The notes beneath the pieces are model-generated. The model saw only the letters and a program-made list of their open reading frames with translations, did not search any database and was not told the DNA's origin. Below are positions 1 through 9,371 of a stretch of 64,000 nucleotides of DNA, one piece after another. Position 1 is the first letter of the stretch, and each line of letters begins with the position of its first letter. The DNA is taken from positions 1 to 64,000 of the IMG/VR virus record IMGVR_UViG_3300046513_000221; one strand, given 5' to 3'. The DNA comes from a virus. The translations under genes and the position numbers were made by a program.

Positions 1-237
1 CATGTCGAACTCCTGACCGACGCCGGGAACGTACACGCCCTTAATCGGGCCGAAGGTCTCGTCCTTCTCGAACTGGCAGGTGCCGAGGGTGATGTAGCCG
101 CCCTTGACAGTGACGCTGGTGCGTGCAACGTAGTAGAACACGTTTCCGAACTTCGCGAGGAAGTGGGCCTCGTGCAGGTGACCGCTCAGGGCCACTTGGC
201 CGGTGCGTGGGATCTTGGCGTTTGCTTGAGTGTTCAT
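1..237 (-). CDS. hypothetical protein, N-terminal part only (gene runs off the 5' edge of the window)
   Basis: Minus-strand ATG at 235-237 preceded by AAGGAAAAT; open frame to position 1 translates to MNTQANAKIPRTGQVALSGHLHEAHFLAKFGNVFYYVARTSVTVKGGYITLGTCQFEKDETFGPIKGVYVPGVGQEFDM. This is a different frame from the listed 41..283 ORF. Confidence 0.5.
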   Translation of the reverse strand, partial: MNTQANAKIPRTGQVALSGHLHEAHFLAKFGNVFYYVARTSVTVKGGYITLGTCQFEKDETFGPIKGVYVPGVGQEFDM

Positions 238-384
238 GATATTTTCCTTGGACGGATATAGTTTGATTTGTATGTGAAGACATCCTAAAAAGTCTCCTCT
301 TTCAGTTTGTCTTCACATAGAAATCATATATGCTCACCAGTTTTTCAGATACGGTAGGGAGGATCCTGAGACCCTCCCAATGCA

Positions 385-804
385 TCAGTCGTTGATGTAG
401 CTCACCACCTTGCACGGTGGCAGGTTCTCCACGTCCTTGTTCTTGTAGAACCAAGACAGGTGCGCGTAGGTGTCGTAGATCTTGTTGTACACCTCGGGGC
501 CGAAGCCGAAGAGGGCGAGCTTGCGACGCATGGACTCCAGCATGGCCTCTTCATACATGCGGTACCACGTCACCTCGCCCTCCTGCAGGGCGCGATCCGG
601 GTTGTTCGGATCCTGACGGCAGACGCCGAAGTTGATGATGTCCTTGTCGTTCTCCTCGTCCACCCACAGGAACAGCATGGCGAAGCCGAACTGGCCGAAG
701 ACCTTGACGTCGATGGTTTTGTCGTGGTCGCCCAGCTTCTCCCAGTCCTTTACAGGCACGGTGTAGAAGCCGTCTTTGTCACGATTCTCGGGATTGAGCA
801 GCAT
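385..804 (-). CDS. hypothetical protein (139 aa)
   Basis: ATG start, balanced amino-acid composition, tightly packed with neighbours. Confidence 0.6.
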   Translation of the reverse strand: MLLNPENRDKDGFYTVPVKDWEKLGDHDKTIDVKVFGQFGFAMLFLWVDEENDKDIINFGVCRQDPNNPDRALQEGEVTWYRMYEEAMLESMRRKLALFGFGPEVYNKIYDTYAHLSWFYKNKDVENLPPCKVVSYIND

Positions 805-855
805 AGTACTTTCTTTCTTTGAAGAACCCCTACCGGGTGGTAGGGGTGTTGGTTT

Positions 856-2721
856 TTAATTGCCGAAGCTGTTGATGATCTGCAGCGCTTGGGAGCGATT
901 CAGGACGATCCCTTTGACCTTGAAGTCCACTTCGGAGACCACATGGGTGGTGATCTCCAGACCGTCGTAGTCCACGGTCGTCTCCGCCTCGGAACCGACC
1001 GAGCGCAGGATGGTACCCAAGGCGCTAGTCAGGGACTTCAACTCGGAGAAGCTGAAGGGAACGCCCTTGATCAGGGTGAGTTGCTCGATCAGCAGCTCAT
1101 CGTCGTCTGCCGGTGCCTTGGCTTTGGCGATTGCCGCATCGACCTTGGCGGTTGCATCGATACGACGGCTGCTGGCGAGCAGATCGCTCATGGTCTTGCC
1201 TTTGGTCGGTGCCAAGGTTTCGTCTGGTGCTTTCAACATGGCATCCTTGATGGCGGCGGTTACATTGGACTGCTCGGCGGTGAGCCGAGGGGTGGATGGT
1301 ACCGTCAGGATCGGACGCACCGGGGCCGGTACTTCTTCCTTGACGATCTGATGTACCTCCTGCACATCACCCTCCGCCTCGCCGTCTTCCTTGACGAGGA
1401 ACCAGATGTTGTTGCCGGGGTACTTGTCGACCAGACCCTCCTCCTTCAGACCCTCCATCTTGCGGTGGACGGTGTGCTCCACCACGTCATAGCCCTTGCC
1501 CTCGACGTGGCGCAGGATCGAGATGATGGAGTGGGAGACCTGATCGGAGTCCTCCAGGAACTTCAGGATCGCATCGCGGAGTGGAGGGCGGGTGTCCTCG
1601 TCGTCCGTCATGTCGTTCAGCACCACGCCCGGATCGACGACCAGATCCGCAGGGTAAGGAATGCCGTCCTTCATGCGGTACTTGAAGGCACGCGATCCGG
1701 GGATCGGAGTGCGCTCGAACCAAGCCATCTTCTTGTCGCGGAAGATGTTGCCGATGCGGGTGCCGATGAAGCCCGGACGGAAGCCCGAGTTGTCCAGCAG
1801 CATCTCCACATCCTTGACGGTGTACCACTCCTGATCCTGAGTGACCTTCCAGATGCACTGGTCAAGCGAGTCCTTCCCGGTGATCTGGGTGTCGATAGTT
1901 GCCTGAATGGCAGCGACCGCCTCCTGCTGGTGGGCGTTCAGACCCGGAATCTTCTTGGTAGCGGCCATGTTACGGGCCACCGCCTCGATCGCGGCGTTGA
2001 CCGCTGGAGGGGTATCCGCCAGCTCCTCCAGAACGGTGGTCGCCAGCTTGGAGGACTTGGTCTCGCCCGGAGCCTTGATGCCCTTGCGGAGCGTGTAGTT
2101 CTTCTTGGTGCCGGTGCCACGCGCCTCGTAGTGATTCTTGTGGACGATCGTGGACATGAAGCGCTGGCGGATCACCTGACGGTTGAAGCCCAGCTCACCC
2201 AGCGTCTCGGCCATCTCGTCGAGGATGCGGGACTTGCCATCGGACATGAGCTTCCAGAGGGCGAGGTCGACGGGGTCCAGAGGGTCGATCTTCCACTCGT
2301 TCCCGGCGTATTTCGAATCTTGTTGGACTGTGTTGTGTCCGATCAGCATACGACCGGCTATGTTATGTTGCTGCATCTTACATCCCTTCAACGTATAGAT
2401 GACGGTATTTTTGACCACCGCCTTGATCATCTCCCCGCTGTTAACGAGGAAGTTGAGTATGGTCTCCACCTTGCCGCGCTCAAGCCCTTGTCGTTTCTCC
2501 ACGGAAGCGAACACCTCGTCAACGGTGCGCCCACGGAGGTCGGACATGATCGTCCAGACCAGTGCGGTCGGGTCGATCTCGGGGTCAGTCAGCATGTTAT
2601 CAGTCTCCTCGGCGATATTTTGCCCGGAGCTCTGCCTCTCCTTCATACGTGACACCTTGAACCTATCGCTCATGAGGAAGCGATTCATAAGTCCGGTGAC
2701 GACGTCGTCGGTATCAGCCAC
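856..2721 (-). CDS. large hypothetical protein (621 aa)
   Basis: GTG start at 2719-2721 preceded by GAAGGAGA RBS; protein-like composition, unlike the antisense 889..2652 ORF which is G/L/R/D/V-rich. Confidence 0.65.
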   Translation of the reverse strand: MADTDDVVTGLMNRFLMSDRFKVSRMKERQSSGQNIAEETDNMLTDPEIDPTALVWTIMSDLRGRTVDEVFASVEKRQGLERGKVETILNFLVNSGEMIKAVVKNTVIYTLKGCKMQQHNIAGRMLIGHNTVQQDSKYAGNEWKIDPLDPVDLALWKLMSDGKSRILDEMAETLGELGFNRQVIRQRFMSTIVHKNHYEARGTGTKKNYTLRKGIKAPGETKSSKLATTVLEELADTPPAVNAAIEAVARNMAATKKIPGLNAHQQEAVAAIQATIDTQITGKDSLDQCIWKVTQDQEWYTVKDVEMLLDNSGFRPGFIGTRIGNIFRDKKMAWFERTPIPGSRAFKYRMKDGIPYPADLVVDPGVVLNDMTDDEDTRPPLRDAILKFLEDSDQVSHSIISILRHVEGKGYDVVEHTVHRKMEGLKEEGLVDKYPGNNIWFLVKEDGEAEGDVQEVHQIVKEEVPAPVRPILTVPSTPRLTAEQSNVTAAIKDAMLKAPDETLAPTKGKTMSDLLASSRRIDATAKVDAAIAKAKAPADDDELLIEQLTLIKGVPFSFSELKSLTSALGTILRSVGSEAETTVDYDGLEITTHVVSEVDFKVKGIVLNRSQALQIINSFGN

Positions 2722-2743
2722 TGATAGTCTCCTTCAGGTTTAT

Positions 2744-2992
2744 TTAAAGCTTCCGTACGCGCCCTAGCAGACGGAAGATCCATAGATGCGAGTTGAATCC
2801 GTCGTACGTCCTCAGCTCGCACTTACTGCACTCCACGGCGTCGCCCATGCCACCGCCGCCCTCCTCGATGTCATGGAGGCAGAAGAAACCTTCCGCCTTG
2901 TCTCCCCACCGGATGAACCCGGCGCTGAGCCACACCACGAGAGCGCCGAAGATGCACACCACCAGAATAGCCACTACGGTGAACCTGTCCAT
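2744..2992 (-). CDS. small membrane protein (82 aa, N-terminal TM helix)
   Basis: AAGGAGG RBS before ATG; hydrophobic segment VVAILVVCIFGALVVWLSAGF. Confidence 0.55.
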   Translation of the reverse strand: MDRFTVVAILVVCIFGALVVWLSAGFIRWGDKAEGFFCLHDIEEGGGGMGDAVECSKCELRTYDGFNSHLWIFRLLGRVRKL

Positions 2993-3012
2993 GATCGACC
3001 TCCTTGAAGTTA

Positions 3013-3378
3013 TTACATCGCACCGATGATGACGAAGTTGTCGCCGACCATGATGCGCTCGGCACCGTTGATTTCCTTCTGCAGCGTGTCCAGTTCCTCG
3101 CGTTGCAAGAGGATGTCCTTGACACGCTGGATACGACCTGCCTCACCCAGACCGAACGATGCGCTGTGGACGCGACCTGGATCGCCGTAGTGGACGAAGG
3201 TGCTGTCCCGACCGAAGTCGTAGACCACGTTGTTCTGGTTGATCACCAGCGAGGCGCGCTTGGGGTTCTGCTGCACGGCCTTGCTCGTCGCGAACACATG
3301 CGACGCGTCATTGAACACCTCGCGACCGGCGCGACCGGCGAGTACGATCTTCCTGCCTTCTGCGTTGATAATCGACAT
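3013..3378 (-). CDS. hypothetical protein (121 aa)
   Basis: AAGGGGA RBS + ATG; possibly a distant paralogue of 3390..3773. Confidence 0.6.
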   Translation of the reverse strand: MSIINAEGRKIVLAGRAGREVFNDASHVFATSKAVQQNPKRASLVINQNNVVYDFGRDSTFVHYGDPGRVHSASFGLGEAGRIQRVKDILLQREELDTLQKEINGAERIMVGDNFVIIGAM

Positions 3379-3389
3379 CTTCGATCCCC

Positions 3390-3773
3390 TTACTTGCGGA
3401 CGATGGTGAGCATGCGCTCGCCGACGATGATGCCGACGGCGTTCGTGAGATCAGGGTAGAGCGGCTGCAGCTCCTTCATCGAGAGCAGGGTGATGACGAT
3501 GTCGTCGTAGCTCTCGTGGTGGATGCCGTTGCGCTCCTCCGTGAAGCCCCACTTGTGCGTGACGTCGCCAACGGGGGTGTGCTGAACGTGGTACAGCTCG
3601 GTCGGGGTGAAGTGGAACGACACGTCGCCGTACTCCTGCGACATGATGACGGAGAGGCGCGAAGGATCCTTGATCACCTCGGGGTTCTTCTTGAAGATCG
3701 CCAGTGCCTTACCGAAGATCTCGGCGTTCTGCGCGACGCCCATGTCTACGCGGGTCTGGATGCCTTGGATCAT
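3390..3773 (-). CDS. hypothetical protein (127 aa)
   Basis: ATG start at 3771-3773; coding-like composition. Confidence 0.6.
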   Translation of the reverse strand: MIQGIQTRVDMGVAQNAEIFGKALAIFKKNPEVIKDPSRLSVIMSQEYGDVSFHFTPTELYHVQHTPVGDVTHKWGFTEERNGIHHESYDDIVITLLSMKELQPLYPDLTNAVGIIVGERMLTIVRK

Positions 3774-4485
3774 TTTTCTGTGTTCCCAAATGTGAGTGAT
3801 TACAAAAAATAAGAGAGATGGCCCGATGCCGAAGCACCGAGCCTCTCAACTGCTTCCCTTTTCTGGTGGAGTGGGTCGCTATCTTCTTCTCGTCTGTTGC
3901 TACGTTGGATTTTGAGGTACAGCTGTGTCGTGTGTACTGCCGATACTGCCTTTTCGACCGTGTCCAGTCTACGTTTGGGTTCCACAGGCCACCATTTCGC
4001 CTGAATCGTTAAGCACCGCCTCGTGGCGGCTCTCTGGGTGATGTGATGAGCGCGTTTCAGCCCCATCCGGTACTCGCCCGGTACGTTACTGTGCTACGAG
4101 TCATAGGGAGGAAACCATTTGTCCGTGTCCCTACGAAGTTGATCCCTCAGTCCCCGACGGTCTGAAGAATTTTGATGCAAGAAGTGAGGTTGAGGTGGGT
4201 AGCTTAAAGGCTTCTTCTCCGCTCGTGTGAAGGGGTGGAGAGAAAGGACGCCTCCCTCCTACCCGGAGAGTGGATCCCAATTAGGTGCCTCAGCGAATCG
4301 ATAAGCTGACCCACCGAGGCGAGAACGGTTCTCGAACTAGGTTCGATCCCCATTGGACCGGATTAACGGTAACCCTTTCGGGCTGCTTGAGAACGGGGGT
4401 TCCGTGGAATTCCCCGTAGTTGTTAGATGAACCTTTCAGTCCATCATCGATATAATATATCAACAAGTGACCTGCAGATACGGTC

Positions 4486-5085
4486 CTACCGGTGGGAGAG
4501 GATGAGCACGATCGAGGAGTTGTCCTGCAGCTGAGCCCAGAAGGTGTGGTCGCGACCACGGCCCGAGTCGCCCTCGCGGTAGCCGAAGCAGTGCAAACGC
4601 TCGCCGCTCTTCGTGACGAAGCCCTGCAGCATGTCTGCCAGCTCCGAGTCCTTGTCGCCCTGCTCGATCTTACCGGCGTACAGGAAGTCGCGGTCAGAGA
4701 CGTCGTCCGGAGCCTCGTTGTACTCGCGCATGAAGACGTACGACTTGAAGCCCTGATTCAGCAGGTTCTCGTCCGGATGCTGCTCCGCGAAGTGCTGCTG
4801 GAGGAACGCCTTGAACTTGTCGTCCTGAGACGCCTCCGGTTCCTTGAAGGCCGTCGAGATGACGACCTCAACGTCCAGACCCAGAAGGTCGTTGGCCTTT
4901 CCCGAGTTCGTCGGCGGACGCATCGAGCCGTGCTTGCCGATGTAGTGGCGCAGCTTCGGGTCGGTACCCGTGTCCATCGAGACGGTCGCACCGGCGTTCT
5001 CCAGAGCGTTCTTGATGGACAGACCTGCCTGGAACAGGCACTCGTCACCCGCCCTGGACTTCACTTCAAACAAAATCGCTTTCAT
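4486..5085 (-). CDS. hypothetical protein (about 199 aa)
   Basis: Second ATG (MKAILFEVK...) is preceded by GGGAGTGGG, so preferred over the listed start at 5097. Confidence 0.5.
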   Translation of the reverse strand: MKAILFEVKSRAGDECLFQAGLSIKNALENAGATVSMDTGTDPKLRHYIGKHGSMRPPTNSGKANDLLGLDVEVVISTAFKEPEASQDDKFKAFLQQHFAEQHPDENLLNQGFKSYVFMREYNEAPDDVSDRDFLYAGKIEQGDKDSELADMLQGFVTKSGERLHCFGYREGDSGRGRDHTFWAQLQDNSSIVLILSHR

Positions 5086-5115
5086 ACCCACTCCCATAAG
5101 AAAACCTACCTTGAT

Positions 5116-5457
5116 TTAACGCCTCCCACGGGCGTAACGGTACCGGCTGTACTGCCGGTCATCGTCACCCGCCTTGGAGACTGCCTTTTCCTGCTTCGGC
5201 CTGAGCGCGTCACGCGCCGCAGCCTGTGCCAGCCTCTCCTCCGTCATGGCCTCGGAGACGAGGCGCACTAGGTCGGAGTTCACTTCCTCGTACTGGTCGA
5301 TGAAACCCTGTACGTCAACCGTGTAGTTGCCAGCCGGTCGCCGGACGATCGTTATCGTCAGGTGCGGTCGGCTGGTCTTGAGCTTCTCTATGGCGTACTC
5401 GTAGTACTTGACGTAGCCAGCGAGGAACGGCTCGTAGTATGCGTCGTTGCTGCTCAT
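5116..5457 (-). CDS. hypothetical protein with basic C-terminus (113 aa)
   Basis: ATG start verified; C-terminal RYRYARGRR. Confidence 0.55.
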   Translation of the reverse strand: MSSNDAYYEPFLAGYVKYYEYAIEKLKTSRPHLTITIVRRPAGNYTVDVQGFIDQYEEVNSDLVRLVSEAMTEERLAQAAARDALRPKQEKAVSKAGDDDRQYSRYRYARGRR

Positions 5458-5463
5458 ACCGTC

Positions 5464-6075
5464 TTAGAAGATGAGGTTCAATCCGACGAGCGAACCCACA
5501 ACCAGCAGCACGGCGGCGCAGACCCAGTGCCAGCCGGTCATGGTGTCGTCGGTGGAGAACTTGGTCACCAGCTTGCGGTTGTACAAGCCCCAGAACATCG
5601 CACGGTTCTCGTACTCGGCGCTATCGTACTTCTTACGCAGCAGGAACCACATCGCCAGCGAGTAGGAGAACAGCAGTACGAACGTGCCGAAGAAGACCTT
5701 CAGCAGCGACGCACCGACGATCTTGTAGACGATGATGCCCATAGTGACCTTACCCAGAGGGGTCTGGACGAAGTCGTTAGCCGCCATGCCGATCTCCTTC
5801 GCTGCGGAGACGGCTGCGCGCCCCATGTTGCCGCCCAGATCGCCCCACGCCTCGGCCTCGGTGCGGATGGTCTTCGAGACGTTGGCCGGAGACTTCTCTT
5901 CCTTCTCCAGAGCGGCCACGTTGGCGATCAGAGTCGCCTTCTGCTCCGCCGTCAGCTTGCTCACGTCCAGCGACGAGATGCTGCTCGCGCTGGTCTGGGC
6001 GAACGCCATAGGGCAGAAGAGGATAGCCATGATAGCTATCAGGAGGTACACTGGTTGCATCAGTTTGTCGATCAT
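5464..6075 (-). CDS. membrane protein with N-terminal signal/TM segment and C-terminal TM helices (203 aa)
   Basis: N-terminus LLIAIMAILFCPMAFAQTSA is signal-peptide-like; three further hydrophobic segments. Confidence 0.6.
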   Translation of the reverse strand: MIDKLMQPVYLLIAIMAILFCPMAFAQTSASSISSLDVSKLTAEQKATLIANVAALEKEEKSPANVSKTIRTEAEAWGDLGGNMGRAAVSAAKEIGMAANDFVQTPLGKVTMGIIVYKIVGASLLKVFFGTFVLLFSYSLAMWFLLRKKYDSAEYENRAMFWGLYNRKLVTKFSTDDTMTGWHWVCAAVLLVVGSLVGLNLIF

Positions 6076-6076
6076 T

Positions 6077-6415
6077 TCATTTCTTTCTGATTTCGGTTGC
6101 GTTGCTGTGCCGTCTCACCAGCGCCGTGAAGCGCTTGAGACGAGCTCCTTTGTCCTTCGTACCGAAGACCCGATCCACCAGCTTCTGAACCTCGCCGATT
6201 TCCTTCGAGTCGTGCTCGTGGAAGAGGTCATACTCCTCCTCGGTCACGGTGACCTTCCGTACTTCCATGAAGTGAGTCGCGTCAGCGGTCTTCACCCACA
6301 TGAGATAAATCCCATCGCTCCTCTTGAAGAAGGCGATCTGTTGGGGCGAGGCCTCGACCATCCGGACGAACCGGGTGGTGGGCCAAGCCTCGTACTGCTC
6401 CGGTAGCGCGCTCAT
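6077..6415 (-). CDS. hypothetical protein (112 aa)
   Basis: ATG start; stop 1 nt from the next gene. Confidence 0.55.
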   Translation of the reverse strand: MSALPEQYEAWPTTRFVRMVEASPQQIAFFKRSDGIYLMWVKTADATHFMEVRKVTVTEEEYDLFHEHDSKEIGEVQKLVDRVFGTKDKGARLKRFTALVRRHSNATEIRKK

Positions 6416-6792
6416 ACCTCGTACATACCCGGAGGCATGTATGCGCTACGGTACTCTTTCTCCACCACGCTATGGTACCGGCTGATAGCCACGAGGTTGT
6501 CGACGATCTTGACGACATCGCTGGTCAAGTCGGCGTAGCTGCGGATGTCGGTGGCCGGGTTCAGGCCGAGGCGGTCAGCCGTCTCGTGGTCAACCTCCAT
6601 CGCGTCCTCGCGGAAGAAGACGACACCGCCCGGAACAGCCATCCAGACAGCGTAGAACTTCGAGTTGCGGCGGTAGAACTCCGCGACGAACGAGGACTTG
6701 TGTACCTTCAGTGCCGCCTCCAGATCGATAGCGGTTCCCGGAGGGTGGACCATCAGCGCGCCGTGATACGGCTTGGGTGGTGTCTTGCTCAT
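6412..6792 (-). CDS. hypothetical protein (126 aa)
   Basis: Real start is the internal ATG at 6790-6792, forming an ATGA overlap with the stop of 6789..7790. The listed N-terminal extension to 7041 is P/R/G-rich out-of-frame sequence inside the upstream gene. Confidence 0.5.
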   Translation of the reverse strand: MSKTPPKPYHGALMVHPPGTAIDLEAALKVHKSSFVAEFYRRNSKFYAVWMAVPGGVVFFREDAMEVDHETADRLGLNPATDIRSYADLTSDVVKIVDNLVAISRYHSVVEKEYRSAYMPPGMYEV

Positions 6793-7790
6793 GCGTACAC
6801 CATCGCGTCGTGGTGGAACTTGCGGGACAGCTGGTGGCGCTCGGAGTCGGTACCGCGCACCCGCTGGAAGACCCGGTGGGCGCAGTGGCGTGCCTCCTCC
6901 ATCGTCTGCGAGTTGCTGAGGTGGTCGGTGAAGAAAGCGATCTCCGAAGGCTTGAGTTCCTCCTTGACAGGGCAGAACACGTAGACCATGCCGTCGTGCT
7001 TCAGCCACTTGAGGAGCCGGGTGTTGCCGATCAGATCCCACTCTGCGATCAGGGGCGACTTCAGGGCTTGCAGCATCACCTCACCGTGAGAGAGCTTCAT
7101 GCGGGTGAAGTCCTCCTCCACTGCGGCCATGTGCTTGAAGCGGTTCACCCAGTTGCTCAGAGCCTTGTAGCCCTCGGTGACGCCGCGCTTGTGGTCGGCG
7201 TAGCTCTGCTCGGTGACCTCGTTGATGCGGTTCAGCATCTGAGGCGAGAGCATCGCGGAGGGGTTGCTGAAGAAGTAGACCTTGCCCTCGAACTTGACCC
7301 AGCGGACGGCGCGGTTGTTTCCGCGAGCGTTGTCGCCGGTGTGCATGATGTCGCCGGTCCCGGATGGGGTGGTCTCCACCTCCGGCTTCGCACTGTCCTT
7401 GTACGGTGGGTAGGCCACCTTCGTGTGGTGCAGGACGCGGATCTCCTCGCCCACACGCTCGCCATCGGAGCGACGGTGCAGACGACAGCCCTCGAACAGC
7501 GTCTCGCCGAGGGTGCTGTACATCTCGTGACTCAACTGCGCGGGAGAGTGGTGCGAGGTCTGCTTGACCGGCTCCAGTTCCGCGCCGACCGGACTCATGA
7601 CGTAGAGCTCCGGGTAGTTCACTGCCAATTCCACCTCGCGGCGTACCTCGGACAGTCGTTGTTCGCCTACGCTGTTAACGATCTCCTCGACGCGGCATGT
7701 GTTGGCGAGGAGATCGTAGTGCAGGAAGGCTCGGCCTACCATCTCCCAGTCGTTCTCGGGAAGACGGAGTATGCCATTTGCTTGGATCAT
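6789..7790 (-). CDS. tandem paralogue family member 1 (333 aa)
   Basis: Shares ELAVNYPELY / W-E-x-I/V-G / MYxxL motifs with the three genes immediately downstream on the minus strand; TTTGGGAGTACC RBS. Confidence 0.65.
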   Translation of the reverse strand: MIQANGILRLPENDWEMVGRAFLHYDLLANTCRVEEIVNSVGEQRLSEVRREVELAVNYPELYVMSPVGAELEPVKQTSHHSPAQLSHEMYSTLGETLFEGCRLHRRSDGERVGEEIRVLHHTKVAYPPYKDSAKPEVETTPSGTGDIMHTGDNARGNNRAVRWVKFEGKVYFFSNPSAMLSPQMLNRINEVTEQSYADHKRGVTEGYKALSNWVNRFKHMAAVEEDFTRMKLSHGEVMLQALKSPLIAEWDLIGNTRLLKWLKHDGMVYVFCPVKEELKPSEIAFFTDHLSNSQTMEEARHCAHRVFQRVRGTDSERHQLSRKFHHDAMVYA

Positions 7791-7822
7791 TGCTTGGTAC
7801 TCCCAAAGTGAAACGGTTGTGG

Positions 7823-8593
7823 TTACTGCTTCTGCTCGATGCGGATGAGCTGGTTCTGGATCGCGGCACCGTTGCTGAGGACGATCTGGCGCAGGTAGTG
7901 GAACATGACGTCCCGATTCTCCGACTTCAGGTAGTCCGGATCCTCCATCATGGCCTTGCGGCTCAGACGACGCAGGTACTCGTACTCCTTGGTGTCGATC
8001 GTCACGGCGCGGTTCAGGCTGTCGCCGTCGTTGAAGGCGCGACCCTCCTTCAGGTTCATCATCACCCAGCGCAACGTCATGCGCGAGTCGCCAATGGAGT
8101 TCTGGTCCGGCACCGCGTAGACGAAGAAGTCCGAGAGGCGCGGATCCTCGAAGTTCGGGGAGTAGAGCGAGATCATGATGCGGTGGGTCTCCTGAATCTC
8201 GTCGTACTGCTTCGACCAGTTCTCCTGACGCTTACCGCCCAGCTTCGGCAGGATGTAGGAGACATTCGTCTTCACGTCCGTCATGATGGTGCTCTGCATG
8301 AGCGCGTGCGACAGCACCTTGTACATGAAGTGGGCGTCGTCCGACGTCTCCTCGATCGCGATCAGGGCACGGTCGTTATCGTCGTTGTAACGAACGAGGA
8401 GGAAGCGGTCGGGGTACGACAGCGCCAGCTCGACCGACTTGATGGCCTGGGTCAGACGCGGGTCGTCCATCACCAGATCCGCGAGGGCGATGCCGGACGA
8501 GCGCAGAGGCTCGTACATGGAGGCCATGCCGATCAGCTCCCAGACATTCTGGCTCTTGTTGAAACGACGTACCTTGTTTGCGACTTGGTTCAC
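7823..8593 (-). CDS. tandem paralogue family member 2 (256 aa)
   Basis: GTG start with GGGAG RBS; motifs RFNKSQNVWELIGMA, ELALSYPDRF, MYKVLSHAL. Confidence 0.65.
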   Translation of the reverse strand: MNQVANKVRRFNKSQNVWELIGMASMYEPLRSSGIALADLVMDDPRLTQAIKSVELALSYPDRFLLVRYNDDNDRALIAIEETSDDAHFMYKVLSHALMQSTIMTDVKTNVSYILPKLGGKRQENWSKQYDEIQETHRIMISLYSPNFEDPRLSDFFVYAVPDQNSIGDSRMTLRWVMMNLKEGRAFNDGDSLNRAVTIDTKEYEYLRRLSRKAMMEDPDYLKSENRDVMFHYLRQIVLSNGAAIQNQLIRIEQKQ

Positions 8594-8618
8594 GGTAGTA
8601 CTCCCAAAAGTGATGCGG

Positions 8619-9371
8619 TTAGCGCCGCTGGTTGGCGGCGAGGGCGGCGGTGTAGACTGCGCGGATGCGGTAGATCATGTAGGCGATACCCGGCATCGTC
8701 GAGTAGATCGGATTCAGCTGGGACTCCTTGCGGCTGATGTGGCGCAGGAAGGCGTACTCGGTCTTGTCGATCAGCGCCTTGGAGTGGCCGATGACGTTGA
8801 TGCGACCATTCGCGTAGATCCAGCCGATGATCATGCTGCCGTTGTCCGGGCGCATGGTGTCCGGGTAGGCGTAGATCATGTGGTCGGAGGTCTGAGCGTC
8901 CTCGCTACCGGGCGCGAACTCGGACACCATGATCCGGTGTACGCGGTTCAGGAGCTTCTTGTTCTCCAGCCAGTCAGCGCCGGTGAGGCCGTAGGCGTAA
9001 CGCTCCTCGATACCGACGTCTGCGACATCGTACTTGCCGGAAAGCAGCATCGAGAGGATCTCGTACATCTTCTCCTCGTCCAGCTCCTCGTTGCGGAACC
9101 CGATGAGTTCGCGCTTCGGATCGTTGCACTTGTACAGGTAGAAGCGGCTCGGGTGCGAGCAGATCAGCTCCGCGCTCTTCTCGCAGAACGAGGTGAACTC
9201 GTCCTGCAACACGATGCCGTTGATGTTGGCACCGGACGACAGCATGGGTTCGTGACCGAACGCCTTGCCGATCGTCTCCCAGACGCTTTGACGCTTGTTG
9301 AACTGACGGATGGTGATGCGCTCTTCCTGCCGGACGATGACGGCGAGGTTCTTCTCGGTGGCTACGTTCAT
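8619..9371 (-). CDS. tandem paralogue family member 3 (250 aa)
   Basis: Motifs RQFNKRQSVWETIGKA, ELICSHPSRF, MYEILSMLL. Confidence 0.65.
   Translation of the reverse strand: MNVATEKNLAVIVRQEERITIRQFNKRQSVWETIGKAFGHEPMLSSGANINGIVLQDEFTSFCEKSAELICSHPSRFYLYKCNDPKRELIGFRNEELDEEKMYEILSMLLSGKYDVADVGIEERYAYGLTGADWLENKKLLNRVHRIMVSEFAPGSEDAQTSDHMIYAYPDTMRPDNGSMIIGWIYANGRINVIGHSKALIDKTEYAFLRHISRKESQLNPIYSTMPGIAYMIYRIRAVYTAALAANQRR

Noticed and set aside
41-283. Listed 80-aa minus-strand ORF at the window start
   Set aside because: P/R/H-rich out-of-frame translation. The real gene is in another frame: ATG at 235-237 with an AAGGAAAAT RBS, open to position 1.
889-2652. 587-aa plus-strand ORF
   Set aside because: Antisense shadow of 856..2721. 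Composition dominated by G/L/R/D/V/H/Q, as expected for the wrong strand of GC-rich coding DNA; no RBS.
4330-4352. tRNA-like T-loop sequence GGTTCGATCCCC
   Set aside because: Flanking bases cannot form a 5-bp T-stem and no acceptor, D or anticodon arms can be drawn. Treated as part of a structured non-coding region, not a tRNA.
6793-7041. N-terminal extension of ORF 6412..7041
   Set aside because: P/R/G-rich, lies inside the upstream paralogue gene in another frame. The internal ATG forms a clean ATGA overlap.
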